Positions 47,258-60,419 of a stretch of DNA of 64,000 nucleotides are shown piece after piece. Under the pieces are notes generated by a model. The model was not told the DNA's origin. It saw nothing but the letters and a program-made list of their open reading frames with translations, and made no database searches. The stretch is from Hemiscyllium ocellatum. Lineage: Eukaryota. The stretch's first letter is position 1. Each line of letters begins with the position of its first letter. The DNA is taken from assembly GCF_020745735.1 (NCBI RefSeq), contig NC_083445.1, forward strand, positions 1,488,001 to 1,552,000, in the 5' to 3' direction. Position numbers and translations under genes: made by a program.

Positions 47258-47537
47258 TATTTGTGTCTTTGTTTTTTTTTAGTGTGGGAAAGAATTTTGT
47301 AAGTTATTTTGTTGCTGGAGATTAGAAATCATCAGTCATCACTTCCCTTTCCAGAGCCCAGGGGCTGCTGAGCCTGGGGCAAGTTGTGATTAAGGAGGAG
47401 TGAGGCCCCTCCCATCACCTTCTTCTGACTCTTTTAGCAGAACGAGTGATTGATCGTCAGAGCTCACACTGTCCTGCTTCTGGTGAAAGTGAAGGTTGAG
47501 CAGACAAAAGGGTATAATTTCTTCACATAGCATTCTA

Positions 47538-47710
47538 TGGGTGGCACGATGGCTCAGGGGTTAGCACTGTTGCCTTGAAGCGCCAGGGAACTGGGTTCAA
47601 TTCCTGCCTCAGGCGACTGTCTGTGTAGGGGAATGGGTCTATTGGAGTGTCACTGTGGACTAGTTGGGGCCGAAGGGCCTGTTTACTGTAGGGAATCTAA
47701 TCTAATCTAT
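47538..47710 (+). mobile_element. HE1 SINE, internally deleted
   Basis: Head and tail motifs present. Confidence 0.75.
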
Positions 47711-47899
47711 TGCTGCCAGTATCCTGTCCACTCACTGTCAGTGAATGAGGAAGGCCATACAATCTATTTAATGCATCTTCCAGAGACATGAGCGAGGTTC
47801 AACCATCCACCATACATTCCAACATTTTATTATTGTCAGTGTTAGTTTGAGCTGGAAAGTCAGCTCTGGAATGTCACTTTGAGATAGTCTGAAGAAGAT

Positions 47900-49350
47900 G
47901 TAATGGCTGAGAGGAAATGGGCAAATGTTACAGGCGAGAGATGGGGAGGGTCATGGGGAAAAGATTGAGGTGGTTGAAAGGGAAAATGTCAAGGATTGAT
48001 ATGGGTTGGTTCAAAAGGGAGGGGTTGGGGAAAGGTTACAGGGAGATGTTGCTGTGAAGGGGCTTAAAGGGGAAAGGTTTGAAGGAGTTAATGAGAACAT
48101 TGGTGTGAGGGGGATAAAGGGGAGATGTTGCTATGAAGGGGGTTAATGGGGAGAGGTGGGTGGGGGGGTTAATGGGAGGAGGTTGCTGTGGGGTGGGAGG
48201 GGTTAATGGGGAGAGGTTGCTGTGGGGGTGGGGGGGGTTAATGGGGAGAGGTTGCTGTGTGGGTGGGGGGATAATGGGGAGAGGTTACTGTGGGGGTGGG
48301 AGGGGTTAATGGGGAGAGGTTACTGTGTGGGTGGGGGGGTTAATGGGGGGAGGTTGCTGTGGGGGTGGTTGCTGTGGGGGTGGGGGGGGTGATGGTGTGG
48401 GGGGTTAATGGGGAGAGGTTGCTGTGGGGGTGGGGGGATAATGGGGGGAGGTTGCTGTGGGGGTGATGGTGTGGGGGTGGGGGGGGTGATGGTGTGGGGG
48501 TGGGGGGGGTTAATGGGGAGAGGTTGCTGTGGGGGTGGGGGGATAATGGGGAGAGGTTACTGTGGGGGTGGGAGGGGTTAATGGGGAGAGGTTACTGTGT
48601 GGGTGGGGTTAATGGGGAGAGGTTACTGTGGGGGTGGGAGGGGTTAATGGGGAGAGGTTACTGTGTGGGTGGGGTTAATGGGGAGAGGTTACTGTGGGGG
48701 TGGGAGGGGTTAATGGGGAGAGGTTACTGTGTGGGTGGGGTTAATGGGGAGAGGTTACTGTGTGGGTGGGGTTAATGGGGAGAGGTTACTGTGGGGGTGG
48801 GAGGGGTTAATGGGGAGAGGTTACTGTGTGGGTGGGGTTAATGGGGAGAGGTTACTGTGAGGGTGGGAGGGGTTAATGGGGGGAGGTTACTGTGTGGGTG
48901 GGGTTAATGGGGAGAGGTTACTGTGGGGGTGGGAGGGGTTAATGGGGAGAGGTTACTGTGTGGGTGGGGTTAATGGGGAGAGGTTACTGTGGGGGTGGGA
49001 GGGGTTAATGGGGAGAGGTTACTGTGTGGGTGGGGTTAATGGGGAGGGGTTGCTGTGGGGGTGGGAGGGGTTAATGGGGGGAGGTTACTGTGGGGGTGGG
49101 GTTAATGGGGAGAGGTTACTGTGGGGGTGGGAGGGGTTAATGGGGGGAGGTTGCTGTGTGGGTGGGGAGGGTTAATGGGGGGAGGTTACTGTGGGGGTGG
49201 GAGGGGTTAATGGGGGGAGGTTACTGTGGGGGTGGGAGGGGTTAATGGGGGGAGGTTGCTGTGTGGGTGGGGAGGGTTAATGGGGGGAGGTTACTGTGGG
49301 GGTGGGGGGGGTTAATGGGGGGAGGTTAATGGGGGTGGTGGGGTTAATGA
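47900..49350. repeat. G-rich minisatellite (GGGGTTAATGGGGAGAGGTTACTGTGGGGGTGGGA) upstream of ALKBH7
   Basis: Alternating ~31/35-bp units, degenerate at the 5' end. Confidence 0.9.
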
Positions 49351-49455
49351 GCTGTCAGTCAGGAACATCTCTGGCTCTGGCGGGTATTGAAGGTTAATGC
49401 AGCAGCAGGTGAAGGGTCAGGGGTGAGCGGGAGGTCATTGCGCGTGCCCAGTACC

Positions 49456-52400
49456 ATGCTGCGCGTGCCCAGTGCCATGCTGCGCGTGCCCAGTGCCATG
49501 CTGCGCGCGGCCTTCCCGCTCATCCGGGCCTCCAGCCCCGAGCTGCTCGAGCGGCTGTCAGGCGGCGGCGGGCTCGAGCTCCGGCCGCGGTTTATCAGCG
49601 GCCCCGAGGAGGACGCTCTCCTCCGGGACATCGAGCCCGGTCTTCGCCGCAGGCACTACCAGAGGGATCACTGGGACCAGGTCTGGGACACTCCGGGGCC
49701 TGAGGGACAGGCCCCACCGGCACCGCCTCAGCACTGACCCTCGGGCAGTGCAGCACTCCCTCAGCACTGACCCTCCGACAGTGCGGCACTCCCTCAGCAC
49801 TGACCCTCCGACAGTGCGGCACTCCCTCAGCACTGACCCTCGGACAGTGCCCACTCCCTCAGCACTGACCCTCCGACAGTGCGGCACTCCCTCAGCACTG
49901 ACCCTCCGACAGTGCGGCACTCCCTCAGCACTGACCCTCCGACAGTGCCCACTCCCTCAACACTGACCCTCGGACAGTGCCCACTCCCTCAGCACTGACC
50001 CTCGGACAGTGCGGCGCTCCCTCAACACTGACCCTCCGACAGTGCAGCACTCCCTCAGCACTGACCCTCCGACAGTGCCCACTCCCTCAGCACTGACCCT
50101 CGGGCAGTGCCCACTCCCTCAGCACTGACCCTCGGGCAGTGCCCACTCCCTCAGCACTGACCCTCGGGCAGTGCCCACTCCCTCAGCACTGACCCTCGGG
50201 CAGTGCCCACTCCCTCAGCACTGACCCTCGGGCAGTGCCCACTCCCTCAGCACTGACCCTCGGGCAGTGCCCACTCCCTCAGCACTGACCCTCGGGCAGT
50301 GCCCACTCCCTCAGCACTGACCCTTGGGCAGTGCCCACTCCCTCAGCACTGACCCTCCGACAGTGCCCACTCCCTCAGCACTGACCCTCTGACAGTGCCC
50401 ACTCCCTCAGCACTGACCCTCGGGCAGTGCCCACTCCCTCAGCACTGACCCTCGGACAGTGCCCACTCCCTCAGCACTGACCCTCGGGCAGTGCCGCACT
50501 CCCTCAGCACTGACCCTCGGGCAGTGCCCACTCCCTCAGCACTGACCCTCGGGCAGTGCCCACTCCCTCAGCACTGACCCTCGGGCAGTGCCCACTCCCT
50601 CAGCACTGACCCTCGGGCAGTGTGCACTTGTCTCAATCACCTTACATACGGACTGGGTTTGTGGGTTGTCTTTACACTCTGTCGAATGTGGAGACTCCAG
50701 ATGCTGCAGAGTCAGAGTTGGAAAGTGTGTGGAAGCTAGAAAAGCACAGTGGGTCAGGTAGCATCTGAGGGCCAGCAGCCCTTCAGCCTGTTAGCTAAGC
50801 AGGGTGTGACGTTGAATTGTTCTTGATTTTAATGGATTTTTTTTATCGCTGTTGGCTATCAGGCAATCCATGGATATCGTGAGATTGAGAAATCACATTG
50901 GAGCGAACAGAGCGAATCTGTCTTGCAACGACTGCGAGATGTTGCGTTTCCCCCAGGGGTCCCCCAACTCTCGATGGTACATGTGCTTGACCTTGAGAAA
51001 ACTGGATTCATCAAAGCTCATGTGGACAGTGTGAAGGTTAGTAACAGAGGCAACTGTTAATGTTGGTGCATTACTAAGTGAAATCATAGTTTGTGTTGGG
51101 TTCCCTGTCTGCAGTTTTCTACTTATTAAGTATTTAACCATTTCTCACTTCAATGTCACAGTACCTGTTTCTGTCACCCTTACAGTCAACTGCAGATCAT
51201 CAGAAGTGTCTGCCTAAAATTTATTCCCTCAAGTCGCCTCTCTGTTTTTTCCATACTCACTAAATCTATTTTTTTTCCAAATACTTAGCCCACCTTCCAC
51301 CTGAATATCGCCGACAATACAGTAGCAGAAACCAGTTTTGAACATGTCTATCAAATCTTCCACACAGATCCCTGAAATTTCCCTGGTCAATGGAAAAAAA
51401 ATCCTAGCTTCTCTCCCATCATTTATATCATGCTCCGTAAAGGCCTTAACATCCTTCCTGAACTGCAGTTTCCAGAATTAGCAACAATAGTCCAGTTGAA
51501 GCCTAACTAGTCTTTTTAAAGAAAGAAGGTTTCTTTATGATTTCCTTGCTTGTAGTTATTGCTCCACCCCCATTCTGTCTTTCCTACATAAATAACCTCA
51601 GAGTTGTACATATTCATTGGAATCCTCCCTCTATCTGTCCATGTCATCATATGCCTCTATTGTTCTGAAGTCTGCTAAACAGTCCCTTTCATCCCATTTT
51701 CTTCTGTTTTCTGAACAAGTCCGTTGTAACTCTAAGCAATTCCTGCAGTGATTTTTTTTGGTGTTGAGACGAGAGGCCTCCAGTAATCACAATAATCTTT
51801 TCTATTAGTTATAACTCAGTTGGAGAGTTTTTCTTGATTCTCATTGATGTGGGCGGCACGGTGGCACAGTGGTTAGCACTGCTGCCTCACAGCGCCTGTA
51901 GACCCGGGTTCAATTCCCGACTCAGGCGACTGACTGTGTGGAGTTTGCATGTTCTCCCCGTGTCTGCGTGGGTTTCCTCCGGGTGCTCCGGTTTCCTCCC
52001 ACAGTCACAAAGATGTGCGGGTCAGGTGAATTGGCCATGCTAAATTGCCCATAGTGTTAGGTAAGGGGTAAATGTAGGGGTATGGGTGGGTTGCGCTTCG
52101 GCGGGTCGGTGTGGACTTGTTGGGCCGAAGGGCCTGTTTCCACACTGTAAGTCTAATCTAATCTAATTTCAGCTTTTCATTTTAGAAATAAAAATGAAAT
52201 TTTAACATTTTTTTGTGGTTCCCAATAATATTACCATTTGTTGAGTTATCTTTAAACTTTAAATGAGAACTGTTCTTTTCTTTCATTGTGTTTGCCTTTT
52301 TTCCATTTTTCATGCACTCTACTTTAAATTTTGCCTACTTTTAGTGTTTGCTAATAGATGTAGTTCAATGTTTTATTTTCACCTGTGTTTTTGTCATCCA

Positions 52401-53781
52401 GGGAGCTCTGGCTTTGGATATCTTTTTTCTCTTAATGGTAATGTGTTTATCTCCATCCCAAAGCCTAACCTACCATTTAGTTTCTCTTTTACACTCTGTG
52501 CTTCTGTTAAAATGTCATGTGGAATCCTTGATTTTAGGACAGTTAACAGTCTTTTAAACTTATCCTGGCCACTTTAAAGTTGCACAGACACCCCTACCTC
52601 TCTGAGTAATAGATCTATACAGCATAACAGACCCCTTTGTCTAACTTGCCCACGCCAACCAGATATCTTAAATTAATCTAATTCCATTTGCTAGCATTTG
52701 GCCCATATCCTTCTAAACTCTTCCTATTCATATACTCACCCAGATGCCTTTTAAATATTGTAGTTGGACCAGCCACCATCATTTCCCTGGGCAGCTCATT
52801 CCATATACACACTACCCTCTGGGTGAAACTTTTGCCCCTCAGGCCCCTTTTAAATTTTTCCCTTCTCACCTTCGAACCATGCCCACTAGTTTTGCACTCC
52901 CTTACCCCTCGGAAAAAGACCTTGCCTGTTCACCCTATCCTCGCCCCTCATGACTCTGTAAAATCTGTAAGGTCACCCCTTGGCCTCCATCCCAGGAAAA
53001 ACAGCTCCAGCTTTGTTAACTCTTCTCACTCTTCCAACTAAACTGTATCTATTTTGTATATGTCCCCATCATTGAATTTTGAATTTGTCACATGTTCTAA
53101 TAAGTAAATTTGAAATAGCTGAGTAAGATGGTCCCAAAAGCAGACTGCGTAATTTGTCTGTCCATGGTCTGGGTAAGGGGAGGGTGGGAGCAGGACAGTC
53201 TGACTTATGCAGTTACCTCTCTCTTGTTCATGTAGTTCTGTGGAGATACAATTGCTGGTTTATGCCTGTTGTCAGGATGTGTGATGCGCTTATTGAGTGA
53301 AGACAGTGATGTGGATCAAGTGGATTTACTGCTACAGCGACATACTGCCTACATTCTGAGGTGAGATTACAAAGAATCACAGGCTCTCATTGGAAGGCAA
53401 CTTGCCTTAGTGTATCTTTACTCAATCGTCACTGCTTTGATTCACTCAGTGGATTTGGGGATGACCTATCTTATCTCCTCTTTGCTCTTTTCAGGGTAAC
53501 CTAACAGATTGAGCTTGCCTCAGTACCCTGGGAGGGGGGAGGACTCTGAGCTCTCTTGCCCAGGAGTGTAAATATCAACTGTAACAGTCTGTCACTACTC
53601 TTTCCATCTTCCTTCATTAGTATTGTGTGTATGTTTCAGGGGAGAGGCCCGTTACCGATTCAGCCACCAAATCCTGCCAGATGAACAGTCACTTTTTGGA
53701 GGAGAGAAGGTGCCTCGTGAACGGAGAATTTCAATCATTTGTAGGAACCTGCCCAATGAACCAGGATCAGGGCCAGACTGA
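49456..53781 (+). CDS. ALKBH7: AlkB homolog 7, mitochondrial Fe(II)/2-oxoglutarate dioxygenase, 221 aa from the first ATG
   Basis: Exons 49456-49680, 50863-51036, 53236-53360 and 53640-53781 (666 nt). Motifs: [39 protein letters not shown] (HxD), RFSHQIL (distal His), RRISIICR. Confidence 0.95.
49727..50625 (-). repeat. 32-33-bp DeuSINE-type minisatellite in ALKBH7 intron 1
   Basis: CCCTCAGCACTGACCCTCCGACAGTGCGGCACT / ..CGGGCAGTGCCCACT, ~28 units. Confidence 0.92.
51851..52167 (+). mobile_element. HE1 SINE, full length
   Basis: Matches 36631-36957. Confidence 0.92.
52605..53040 (-). mobile_element. CR1/HER1-type LINE 3' fragment
   Basis: Minus [35 protein letters not shown]. Confidence 0.8.
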
Positions 53782-54969
53782 TTCCCCCCCCTCACCCCGG
53801 GCTTTGTCGCAAGAGAAGGTATTTGGTACTCTGCACTGATTTAATCTCGCATAAATGAAGCAGGCTTCCATTTGTGCATCTTGAGGTTCTTTTCGGCTAT
53901 ATTCTCTCTCTCTCTTTCTCAATCACATACTGTAATCAGGGCTTTGTGACTTCATTTCACTTTTTATTTGAACATTAGATAAATCGAAGCATTTGCAACA
54001 GCAGAATCTTTAAAATAAATAAATAATTTAGCTACATAAATATTTCTGGTTGCACAAACCGTCGCCAAGAATTAATCCCAACATCACCTTGTCATCACTA
54101 TTAGTCAAATAGAAATCTTTTCATTCAGACTCAAAACTGCTTTAAGTATAAATGCACACATCACTGTTATAACATGTTGAACACCTGGAATCAGCAAAAG
54201 ACTAATTTTTAAGAGCCAGAATTTTTGCCCCACACACCCAGAATGCCCTACTTTACAATTTTGCAAAGTCTAAATGTTGGGATAAATATAACCAGACATG
54301 AAACTTTTAGTGACAGTAGACCACAAGCTGATGAAGCTGGTGAAGCTATCACCTTACCTGGCTGGTATTTCTTTGCCAAAGGCAGCACTGGTCACCCTCA
54401 CAGCACTGAGATATTAGTATGTAACAGCTAGAAAGGAGGCAAAACTCAGGGAGTGTGAATGAGGTGAGGATTTAGACAGATCGCAGGGAGAAATAAACAG
54501 CATAAGCAAATGATGGAGAGGGAGAGTAGCGTAGAAGGAGAAAAAGAAGGCTGTTAAGGTGCTGCGATAAGCCCAGGTTCAAGTTCAAGAGGTGTGTCAT
54601 AACATTTCTGAACAGGTTGATTAAAATATCTAGAAGAAGTGTCAATAAGAGGAGCTTCACTGTCCAAAGCACTTACAAGTCTCTAAAATATTCTTCCATC
54701 CTTCCCTACTTGTTCTCCACAAAACCAAAACTTTCACTTGCCTGAGCTCAGCTTTGAAGTCTTGCCCAATTCATTGATACCATGTAGACTGCATGTTGTT
54801 ACAACTCTCCCCATTTCTCTCTTTCTCTTTCCCTCTCCCTCTCTCCTGTCCTTCCCCCATCATAACCCCCCTCTGCTGCCAAGCAAGCTATGGATTTTCC
54901 CTCTGTTTCAGTCTAGGTTGTGCTGGGATTTTTGTCTCTTTGCCCCACCCCTGCCCCATGCTCAAATGA

Positions 54970-56036
54970 TTACCCAATGCAGCTGCACTCAGAGGCTGAG
55001 AGCTTTTCCACTGTGTGCCAGTGATTGTTAATGTCCAGAAAGGTGACGTCCTTGAACTGAGTGGGGCGACAGCACGGGTCACTGACAATTTTCTCCTGAG
55101 ATGTGCTGAGGAGGCCAGTTTTCCTTAGCAGCAGCGAAAGGGTCAGGTCATGGTTGGTCCTGGCCAGGGGGCAGCTTCCACTGCAGTACTTGAAGAGGAC
55201 GATTTCATCTGACTGGTAACCGAGCCCCAGATCCTGAACACGCAACTGGATGGCGCGAAGTCTGCAGTTCCTGTCCTCCCACTCCTCGCCTTTCCTCATC
55301 ACTGACATTTTCCGTTTTCTCCTCGCTCTTCCTGGGTTTGACTGAGGTTCGAGTGGGGAGTCTGATGTGGGTAGTGGCGAAATTGTGAATTCTCCATCTG
55401 AGCTTGTGATGGGTGTTCTTGGGAGGTCAGGCCTTCTTCCTGAGGGAAGAAATGTCATTTAAAATTCCTTTCAACAAATGTAGGAAATGGTTAGATTTGG
55501 GAGCAGCAGTTGTGTCATCAGTTCTGAAAATACAAACGTCCTCCCTTCCCCCAACACCTTCACCAAGAGAAACTGCAAAGAACTAGACTGGCCAGCAGCT
55601 GGGATCTCTGCTGTGGCCATCCCTTCCTCATGGGGCCAGACCATGGGCATTTCTTGATTGTACCATAGACACTGCACATGTAGAGGGTGAAACCTGACTT
55701 CGACCCTCCATAGCCCCAGGCATTAAGGCCCTGTGTGAAAAAACAAGCTCACTGCCCTCCAAACTAAAGCTGATTTGGATTTTACTCATTAATCTCTCAG
55801 TGTGGGGGGGGGGGGGTCAAGTATTTTATAGGTTCACTAACTCCATTCATAGTCACTGCTGCAGATGCAGGCAAGTGGGCTGAATGAAGTTAATCGGTCA
55901 GAGTGAGAGAGGTATTCTCCCTCCTTTTTCACTTACCTGGCAGATGCTGAGGTGGATCATTGGTGCCCAGAGGTTGTTCCACTGACAGATCAACATGAAA
56001 AATGATCAAAATTGCCACCAGCACAGGGAATGTCAT
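54970..56036 (-). CDS. PSPN: GDNF-family ligand precursor, persephin, 189 aa
   Basis: Exon 56036-55937 (signal peptide MTFPVLVAILIIFHVDLSVE.., donor GTAAGT) joins exon 55439-54970. Furin site RARRKR, 7-Cys knot with LGLGY, FKYCSGSC, PCCRP, LSASECSC. Tail-to-tail with ALKBH7, as human PSPN is. Confidence 0.88.
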
Positions 56037-56604
56037 GATTCAATTGAGCGTTTGGAAATTCTCTTGCCTCCCAAAAAAATACTGGGGCGACTGAGGGACT
56101 GCTGGATTGTTCACTCCAAATTCTTGATCGAATTTTAATTTCGGTGGTTCTTCGTTCGCTGTTGCAGGATGTTTGTGATGGAATGGGTGAATTGGAGTAT
56201 TTAAAGCAAATCTGTATCCTCTCACTGACATATTTCATACGACATTCCTGGCATGACTAGCCAGTGAGCTGCCCGGTATCAGCTGGTCCAAATACCTCAG
56301 AGTATTGCAGAAACGATGTAGAGTGTGAGCAAAACTCAGCCGACCTCCCTGCTAATGATTTATCAGGTGCATTGGAGCTGTACCTGCAGGGACCAGAAGC
56401 GACAATCCCACAGGGCAATACTACCCCACCAATCGTCAGTTGGGGGTTGAGGTGGGGTATGGAGTTGGTGACTGTGGCTCCATGCTCTCTCTATCTCTTT
56501 CTCCTGTCTGGGCTATTCCTAAACTTTACTACACAGTGGCTGTGGGAAAACACTTGTTTTTGAAATAACATTGTGTATTTATGTGTCATTTCTAGCGTCT
56601 TCAT

Positions 56605-57425
56605 CCTATAATCCAAACTAATCTCATCAGCACTGATAGTGTTCACTGTGCCAGACTTATCAAAGATACTGCAGCAAGACTGTGGCGAGACCTGGACAGT
56701 ATCCAGGTTTGGGCTGACAAGTAGCACGTAACATTTACACCACACAAGTGTGAAACAATGACGATCTCCAGTAAGGGAGAACCTGACCATCATCTCTCGA
56801 TATTTAATTGCATTTAATTGCTGAATCCCTCACTCCCAACATTCAGAAACTGAATTGGACTAGCCAAACAAATACTGCGATAAGAGTAGGTCAGAGGCTA
56901 GGAATCTTACAGCGAGTAACTCGCCTCCTCAGTTTCCAAAGCCAGTCCACCATTGACAAAGCACCAGTCAGGAGAGTGATGGAACACTTGCTTGACTGAC
57001 TGCAGCTCCAAAAATACTCAAGCTCAGTATTGTCCAGGACAAAGCAGCCTGATTGCTCCTGGATGTGGTATCAGTTGTTGAGTCTGTCCACCACAAGAAT
57101 AGTAGCAGCAGTGTATACCATATATTAAGATGCACTGCAGAAATTCATCAAGGCTCCCTAAGCAGTCCCTTCCAAATATGTGTCTGCTACTCTCCAGAAG
57201 GACAAGGGCAGCAAATATATGGGAACATTTCCATCTAGTTCTCTCCAAGCTACACTCCTGATTTGGAAAATACATCACCATTCCTTCACTGACATTAGGT
57301 CAAAATCCTAAATCCCTCCCCCCCCCCCCCAACAGTTTTGTGGGTCTAACACATGGATTGCAGCCCAGCAATTTGGAATAGGTAACAAATGTTGGCATAG
57401 GCAGTGACAGCCAGTTCCTCATAGA
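56605..57425 (+). mobile_element. Old LINE 3' fragment
   Basis: Decayed RT C-terminus (KLNWTS..GQRLGILQRVTRLL). Boundaries approximate. Confidence 0.5.
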
Positions 57426-59824
57426 ATATCAAAAATATCACAATACCACTCTGTCTCAGAGTATTTTGAAGTCTTTCACAGATGGTGAACGGACTGGGAT
57501 AGACTGTTGGATAATGGAAATGTTTTGTGACCATCCTCCTTCAGCTCTGGATTGTATTAGGGTCACTTTCTCACAACTGGAGACCAGGGAATCAATGAAT
57601 GTCAGCAAGCTTTTGAATCCCTGGTAGCATTATCAAAAACCCCCATCACAGGTCAGGGAGGTGGTGGGGGCAGCTATGCTGCCTGATCCAGGAAATCAGT
57701 GTCAGGTCAGGACTGGATTGAACCTGGGAGAATATTAGTCTTAGAACAAGCACATGTGAGATCAGGTAGACAGATACATGGGAGGGGACAGCAGACACCA
57801 CAGAGGCAGGGGAGACACTTAGCAGCAGGCGAGGTGGCACAGACAGCTTTGGCAGGCTCAGTCAGAGACATTTCTCCAATGTACATCTTTCACGCAATGT
57901 GTGTTTGATATCTGCCACATTTAAATGTTTTGTTAAATTTTCTTGGTGTATTCCTGCAGACTGTCCTTGTAAATCCTGCAGTGAGCTTTCTCTGCTTAAT
58001 CCCCACACAAATCATTGTTCCTGGGTCAGAAAGAAAGTTTCCACCTGTGAGGTGACCTCACCCCCACTCAGAACAGATGCAAAGCAGGTACTGTCTGCCA
58101 GAGACATCTCGGAGAGGCCACTGTGGGGCTTTTGAGGCCACAGAGCAGCTCCCATCTCAGCTCCACAGTTTGTGGCAGGATAGATTTGTCCCCAGGGGCT
58201 GGGAGAAGTATTGTATTGGTATTGTCTATTACCCAAACACAAATCATAGATAAGGAATATGGGCATCCAGTGGGAGTCGCACATCAACAGATGCAAGTAT
58301 GTCACAGAGTATCCCAGACGGACCAGAATCAGTGGAGAAGGCCAGCACCAGATACCTCAAATCAGGATCCTCCTATCAACCTCTGGGACCGTAGCCTCGG
58401 CTGTGCAGCGAGAGGAAGGGAATCATGACAAGAGAATTAAAACCCAGTGACACACAGCTCCTCAGCCACATCTTAAAATGACTTGGAACATTCCTTCTGT
58501 CAGGATACTTTCAATGGAATTTTAACTGAAGGAGCAGGATTTCTCAGCTCATAGCACATTCTTTCCACAGACCAGCGAGCAGTCATTACCCAAGAGTCAA
58601 TTAACCATCAGATCATTCTCCGCACTGAAACAATCACTATCCAATCTGACTCAATAACTAACATGATGGACTCTCCAGTCACACCTGCTGTAAAGATTTG
58701 CCTTGTATACCCAGCTTTGACTAAACTGCGAGGAACCAGCGATAGTTAAATTCTCCTTTTCCAGAGATACAGATCAGACAGACATATTCGTACACGGACA
58801 TATGAACAGACCATTCAAAGAGATATACACACACAAACATACTGAAGCTTGAATCACATTGAGTCTGTGTATTCCAGTGCTAGATTTTCTGATAAAGTTC
58901 AAGAATGGAAACATCGTTCAGTGACACATTTCTGTTTGCCTCGATCACTGGAAAGGGACAAGCTGCTGTAGGACTTTGATTTCACAAGCTGGATCTTAGG
59001 TAATTCCCACTTAGAGACGAGATGCCACCTCCCTGTCAGTAAAGACAATCTATCTCTTCAGAGTGACAGGAGTCAGCGAGTAGCACAGTGCCACTCAATC
59101 CCCCTGTTCACACAGCAAGCCAATTAGCTCGTTCCAAACCCATCTCTTTTATCCATTTCCTGAAATGTTTGTTCCCATGAAGTCTCTATCCAATTTTGTT
59201 TTGAAATTTACCCTGGAATCCACGACATATCAAGTAGCACTTGCCAAATTCTCATCACTTGCTACAAAGATGTTCTCTCATCACCTCTGGTTCTTTTACC
59301 CTCTGGTCATTGAGAGGTGACGAAGGAAATCATTTCCCTTGGTTTACTTTAAACACTTCATAATTTTGGAAAAACTCCATCAAATTTCCCCTTTTCCAAG
59401 CTCTCCATGTAACCAAAGTCCCTCATTCACAAGACACTCTAAGGAACCTCCCTGGCACAGCCCTCCTAAATCACAGTCCCTGGAGTTAAACACTATGTGG
59501 CAGTTAAGCCTGGGCAAGTGTTTTACATATGGATGGTCAAAATGACAATGATTCACCCTCACTTTCACACAATTCACAAGAAATAATAACCAACAGTGTT
59601 CATTCTCAGTGTAAATGGAGCTGGGACTGCAGTCTCTCACACTTGACAGTGACCTGCCATTTAATCAGAAGCTTCAAAGACTAACACCCAATACATAGGG
59701 CTGTCTTAGGAAGGGTGACAAAGAGATGGGTTTTAAACAGAATTTTAAAGCAACACATGGTCAAGAGGCACTTTCAGTGTTTTGAGTCAGTAACAGAGTG
59801 AGAAAATCAGGCTATTCAAGAAAC

Positions 59825-60100
59825 CAGGAGAGAGGGAAGTTACAGAGATCGGAAAGTATGGAGGGGCTGGAGGAGGTTACAGAGATAGGCAGGGGTGTAG
59901 GGACTGGAGCAAGTTATAGAGATAGGATGAGGTGTAGGGGGTTGGGGAGGTTACAGAGATAGGGAGGGGAGTTAGGGGCTGGAGGAGGGGAGAGAATGGG
60001 AAGGTTGTAGAGGCTGGAAGATGTGACAGAAAGGGAGACATGTAGGGGTCTGGAGGAGGTTACCCAGATAGGGAGGGGCTGGGGGTAGTGACAGAGGGGT
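59825..60100. repeat. Degenerate ~30-bp purine-rich tandem repeat
   Basis: GGAGGAGGTTACAGAGATAGGGAGGGG.. about 8 copies. Confidence 0.75.
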
Positions 60101-60419
60101 AGCAGTGTGCCACGTGGTTTGTGGACTCTGCTGTTCAATATAGTCACACACCACTTTTCCAGGCCCCCTGCTACCCTGGGGGTGTCTGATAGAATGGTCA
60201 TAACAGATGGGGCAATTAAACAAACTGAGGATGGAGAGAGGGTAAACAGGGATGGCCAGAGGATAATACCAAGGAAGAGATAATCACCAGCTTGATTCTC
60301 ACACACCCACATGTCTGTGCAATCACGTAACCATGTGTGTACTCTTACTTTTGAAAAGCCATACTCTTGCCTCATTTGTTCCTAACCATTGAATCCTTTC
60401 AAATTTGTGAAGGGCAATA

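Noticed and set aside
48140-49345. Interstitial telomeric repeat (GGGTTA)
   Set aside because: GGGTTA is always followed by ATGGGG within a 31-35-bp unit; there is no (TTAGGG)n tract.
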